DNA from: Deltaproteobacteria bacterium
Lineage (GTDB): Bacteria > Desulfobacterota > Deferrimicrobia > Deferrimicrobiales > Deferrimicrobiaceae
Length of the DNA: 64,000 bases
Reading direction: 5' to 3'
NCBI GenBank assembly: GCA_021824125.1
Contig: JAKALO010000001.1
Coordinates: 9,722-73,721 of the forward strand
The first letter of the stretch is position 1. Each line of letters starts with the position of its first letter. The notes below the pieces were generated by a model. That model was not told the DNA's origin. It ran no database searches and saw only the letters and a list, made by a program, of their open reading frames with translations. This document shows positions 61,416 to 64,000 of this stretch, piece after piece. The position numbers and the translations under genes are program-made.

Positions 61416-62219
61416 ATGGTCCGCCCGTTCAAGGCTGCCGCACTGCAGTTCCGCATCGACATGGGTAACGTTGAAGCGAACACGGCAAGGGCGTTCGCGC
61501 TCCTCGGGGAGGCCGCCGGCAGGGGCGCCTCGCTGTGCGTCCTTCCCGAGATGTGGAGCACCGGGTTCGCCTATGAGCGGCTGCACGCGCTTGCCGGGGC
61601 CACCCCGAAAATCCTTTACGACCTGCGAAAGTTGGCCGCCGAAAAGCGGATCGTGATAGCCGGCTCCCTCCCGGAGCGGGTGGGCAGGGCCGTCTACAAC
61701 ACGCTCCACGTCGTCAACGCGACAGGCGTGATCACGGGCCAATACCGGAAAACGCACCTGTTCCAGCCATCGGAGGAGCACCTCCACTTCCGGAGGGGTA
61801 CTTCCGCCTCCGTGGCGCACACCGACGTCGGGATCCTCGGCCCCCACATCTGCTACGATCTCCGCTTCCCGGAGCTTTCCCGTAAATATTACCTGGAGGG
61901 TGCGACACTGTTCTGCGTCAGCGCGCAGTGGCCCACGGTCCGCAAGGGCCACTGGGAACTGCTGAACGCGGCCCGGGCGGTGGAAAACCAGCTCTTCGTC
62001 GTGGCGGCCAACGCCGTGGGGAAATCGGGTGATTTCCGTTTTTCCGGCGGCTCCCTTATCCTCTCCCCGTGGGGGGAGCGACTCGCCGAGGGAGGGGAGG
62101 AAGAGGGGCTGGCTATGGCGGTGATAGACCCCGCGCAGGCAGCGGAGGCCAGAAGGAGGATCCCGTGCGCGCAGGACCGGAACGAACGCGCCTACCGGAA
62201 GACCCGGAAAAAAAGATAA
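61416..62219 (+). CDS. Carbon-nitrogen hydrolase family protein (nitrilase/amidase superfamily)
   Basis: Catalytic triad context: E in VLPEMW, K in YRKTHLF, C in HICYDLRFPE. Confidence 0.85.
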   Translation: MVRPFKAAALQFRIDMGNVEANTARAFALLGEAAGRGASLCVLPEMWSTGFAYERLHALAGATPKILYDLRKLAAEKRIVIAGSLPERVGRAVYNTLHVVNATGVITGQYRKTHLFQPSEEHLHFRRGTSASVAHTDVGILGPHICYDLRFPELSRKYYLEGATLFCVSAQWPTVRKGHWELLNAARAVENQLFVVAANAVGKSGDFRFSGGSLILSPWGERLAEGGEEEGLAMAVIDPAQAAEARRRIPCAQDRNERAYRKTRKKR

Positions 62220-62695
62220 TCCCCGTCGGCCGGGCCGCCCCCCTTTTCTCCCGCCTGCGGAGGGAAGGGAAGCGGATCGTCTTCACCAACGGGTGCTTCG
62301 ACATCCTGCACGCGGGTCACGCCAAGTACCTCCGGAAGGCGGCGTCGCTTGGCGACGCGCTGATCGTGGGCCTGAACGGCGACGCGTCCGTGCGGAGGCT
62401 CAAGGGCGAGGGGAGGCCCATCCAGGGGGAGGCCGACCGGGCCTACCTGCTTGCGTCGCTCGCCTGCGTCGCCTACGTGGTGATCTTCCGCGAGGACACC
62501 CCTGCCCGGCTGATCGAGCGCGTGGTTCCGCACGTCCTCGTGAAGGGGGGCGACTGGAAAGGCAGGACCATCGTGGGCGCGGACTTCGTGCACGCGCGGG
62601 GGGGCTCCGTGAGGACCGTGCGTTTTCTGGCCGGGAGGTCCACGACCTCCATACTCCGGCGGGCAGCGGGAGCCGGAAGGAATAGCCAATCCTGA
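62165..62695 (+). CDS. D-glycero-beta-D-manno-heptose 1-phosphate adenylyltransferase (RfaE domain II / HldE C-terminal type cytidylyltransferase)
   Basis: VFTNGCFDILHAGHAKYL nucleotidyltransferase motif. GTG start at 62165 is tentative. Confidence 0.75.
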   Translation: MRAGPERTRLPEDPEKKIIPVGRAAPLFSRLRREGKRIVFTNGCFDILHAGHAKYLRKAASLGDALIVGLNGDASVRRLKGEGRPIQGEADRAYLLASLACVAYVVIFREDTPARLIERVVPHVLVKGGDWKGRTIVGADFVHARGGSVRTVRFLAGRSTTSILRRAAGAGRNSQS

Positions 62696-62711
62696 ACCAG
62701 GAGTCAATACG

Positions 62712-63428
62712 ATGGATAAAATGAGAACCTCCATTTTCCTGCCGCTGGCGGTTTTCCTGGCGTGCCTGCCGTTGGCCGAAGGGCTCTGCGCGGACGGGCC
62801 TGCCCAGGTCCGCGTGGACCTGCATGCTCTCGTGAAGGAAACGCAGCGGGAAAACCAGGCGCCAAAGGAGCTCGGCCTGGTATGGTGGATCCCCACGCAG
62901 TACTGGCGGGCAGCTTTCACCACCGCCGACCCGAATACCGGCACGGAGCAGATCGAGAAGTTCGAGAAGGTGCTCTCGCCATATATCCTGGTCGCGGCGG
63001 TCCAAGGGCAGATCGGCCCGCTCGGGGGCATCCAGTGGACCCAGGAAGACCCATTGCGCTCAAACCTGGCGTTGGTCGACCGGGACGGCCTCGAATACCG
63101 GCCCCTTTCGGGCAATGCCGTCTCCCCGGACGCAAAAAACCTCATCTCCATATTGAGGCCCGTGGTGGCGAACATGCTCGGCCCGATGGGCGAACACCTG
63201 TATTTCATGTACTTCCCCGGCATGACGGACGGAAATACGCCGATCGCCGACCCGCTGGCGGAAGGGACCTTTTCGATCCGGATGGGGAAAGTAACGCACA
63301 AGTGGCGGCTGCCGCTCGGCGCGATGCTGCCCAAGAAGCAATGCACCGTCGACAACGAGCTGTTCAGCGGCGCGTGGAAATATTGTCCGTTCCACGGCAA
63401 GGAACTGGTGCTCGCACCTTCGCGTTGA
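62712..63428 (+). CDS. Secreted hypothetical protein
   Basis: 238 aa with a signal peptide. No recognisable domain. Confidence 0.5.
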   Translation: MDKMRTSIFLPLAVFLACLPLAEGLCADGPAQVRVDLHALVKETQRENQAPKELGLVWWIPTQYWRAAFTTADPNTGTEQIEKFEKVLSPYILVAAVQGQIGPLGGIQWTQEDPLRSNLALVDRDGLEYRPLSGNAVSPDAKNLISILRPVVANMLGPMGEHLYFMYFPGMTDGNTPIADPLAEGTFSIRMGKVTHKWRLPLGAMLPKKQCTVDNELFSGAWKYCPFHGKELVLAPSR

Positions 63429-63471
63429 CCGGGATAGGGTTGGATACCTTGCCTGATAGGGGAACTGACCA

Positions 63472-64000
63472 CTAAGCCCCGGAGCTGATCTTCCGCAGCG
63501 CGGAAAGGAAGAGGGCCACCTGCTTCATGGTGGTGAACGGCCCGGGACTGATCCGCACCGTCCCCTCAGGGAAGGTCCCCAGGGTCCTGTGCGAGTTTGG
63601 GGAGCAGTGCAGGCCAGCGCGGACCATGATCCCGAACCGCCGCTCGAGGCGCAGCCCCGTTTCCGCGGGGTCCATCCCCTCCACGAGGAAAGAGAGAACG
63701 GAAGCGGACCGTGCGGGGTCTCGCGGCCCGAACAAGGTCACCCGCGGGATTTTCGCCATCCCGTCCAGCAGGACCCCCATGATCTCCATTTCCTTGCGGC
63801 GTATCTTCTCCACCCCCATGCGAAGGAGCCATGCGAGGGAAACGCTCAAGCCCGCCATCCCAACGCTGTTCTGGGTCCCCGACTCGAGGGCGTCCGGGTA
63901 GAAGTCCGGCTGGCGATCGTTCTCCGACCGGCTCCCGGTACCTCCCTCTATGAGCGGCACGAGCGGCACTCCCTTGCGGACATACAGGAAGCCGGTTCCC
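63472..64000 (-). CDS. Class V aminotransferase / cysteine desulfurase-like protein, C-terminal part (5' end beyond window)
   Basis: The minus-strand ORF continues past position 64000. The C-terminal small-domain sequence is typical of NifS/IscS/SufS-like PLP enzymes. Confidence 0.7.
   Translation of the reverse strand, partial: GTGFLYVRKGVPLVPLIEGGTGSRSENDRQPDFYPDALESGTQNSVGMAGLSVSLAWLLRMGVEKIRRKEMEIMGVLLDGMAKIPRVTLFGPRDPARSASVLSFLVEGMDPAETGLRLERRFGIMVRAGLHCSPNSHRTLGTFPEGTVRISPGPFTTMKQVALFLSALRKISSGA

Overview
This is about 64 kb of high-GC (roughly two-thirds G+C by eye) chromosomal DNA, densely packed with genes and almost entirely housekeeping. Gene content and synteny point to a delta-proteobacterial / Desulfuromonadota-type genome. 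The pgpA-cinA-thpR-recA-pilT-recX-alaS array is the strongest clue: I recall pilT sitting next to recA in Geobacter, but I cannot verify that here. I found no rRNA, tRNA, CRISPR array, transposase, integrase or prophage genes.

Main blocks, in order:
- A minus-strand block: class I aldolase (partial), MshEN-PilT ATPase, DUF2400, hisG and a HEAT-repeat protein.
- DUF2064 and a zinc-ribbon membrane protein, then pepA.
- The liv branched-chain amino-acid ABC transporter operon, with an internal attenuator-like hairpin.
- fabG-like SDR, bamD, a TPR protein, then the long recA-containing minus-strand array.
- A DUF3391-HEAT / HD-GYP / HEAT trio.
- ruvX and mltG, then a minus-strand run: dksA-like, rimO, lolA, HAD, ftsK, rnj, plsC, radC.
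- The MoxR-DUF58-TgpA triad, with an apparent frameshift in the TgpA gene.
- moaC.
- A seven-gene plus-strand operon of secreted TPR / TonB-C / HEAT proteins that resembles a Glt/Nfs G1-type envelope module.
- comM and an FAD oxidoreductase, then rplU-rpmA-obg-proB-proA-nadD-rsfS-lapB-comF, a nitrilase, rfaE-II, a secreted hypothetical and a partial class V aminotransferase.

The items most worth a second look are the Glt/Nfs-like TPR/TonB-C operon, the cluster of c-di-GMP-linked components (a PilT carrying two MshEN motifs; HD-GYP and HEAT proteins sharing an N-terminal domain), two roughly 180-200 bp intergenic elements bounded by inverted repeats (one with 28-bp direct repeats, one with an 18-bp closing stem), and several long convergent gene overlaps plus one frameshift.

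All product calls come from reading the translated ORFs; none were checked against a database. Many long antisense ORFs are GC-driven artefacts and are listed under noticed_but_rejected.
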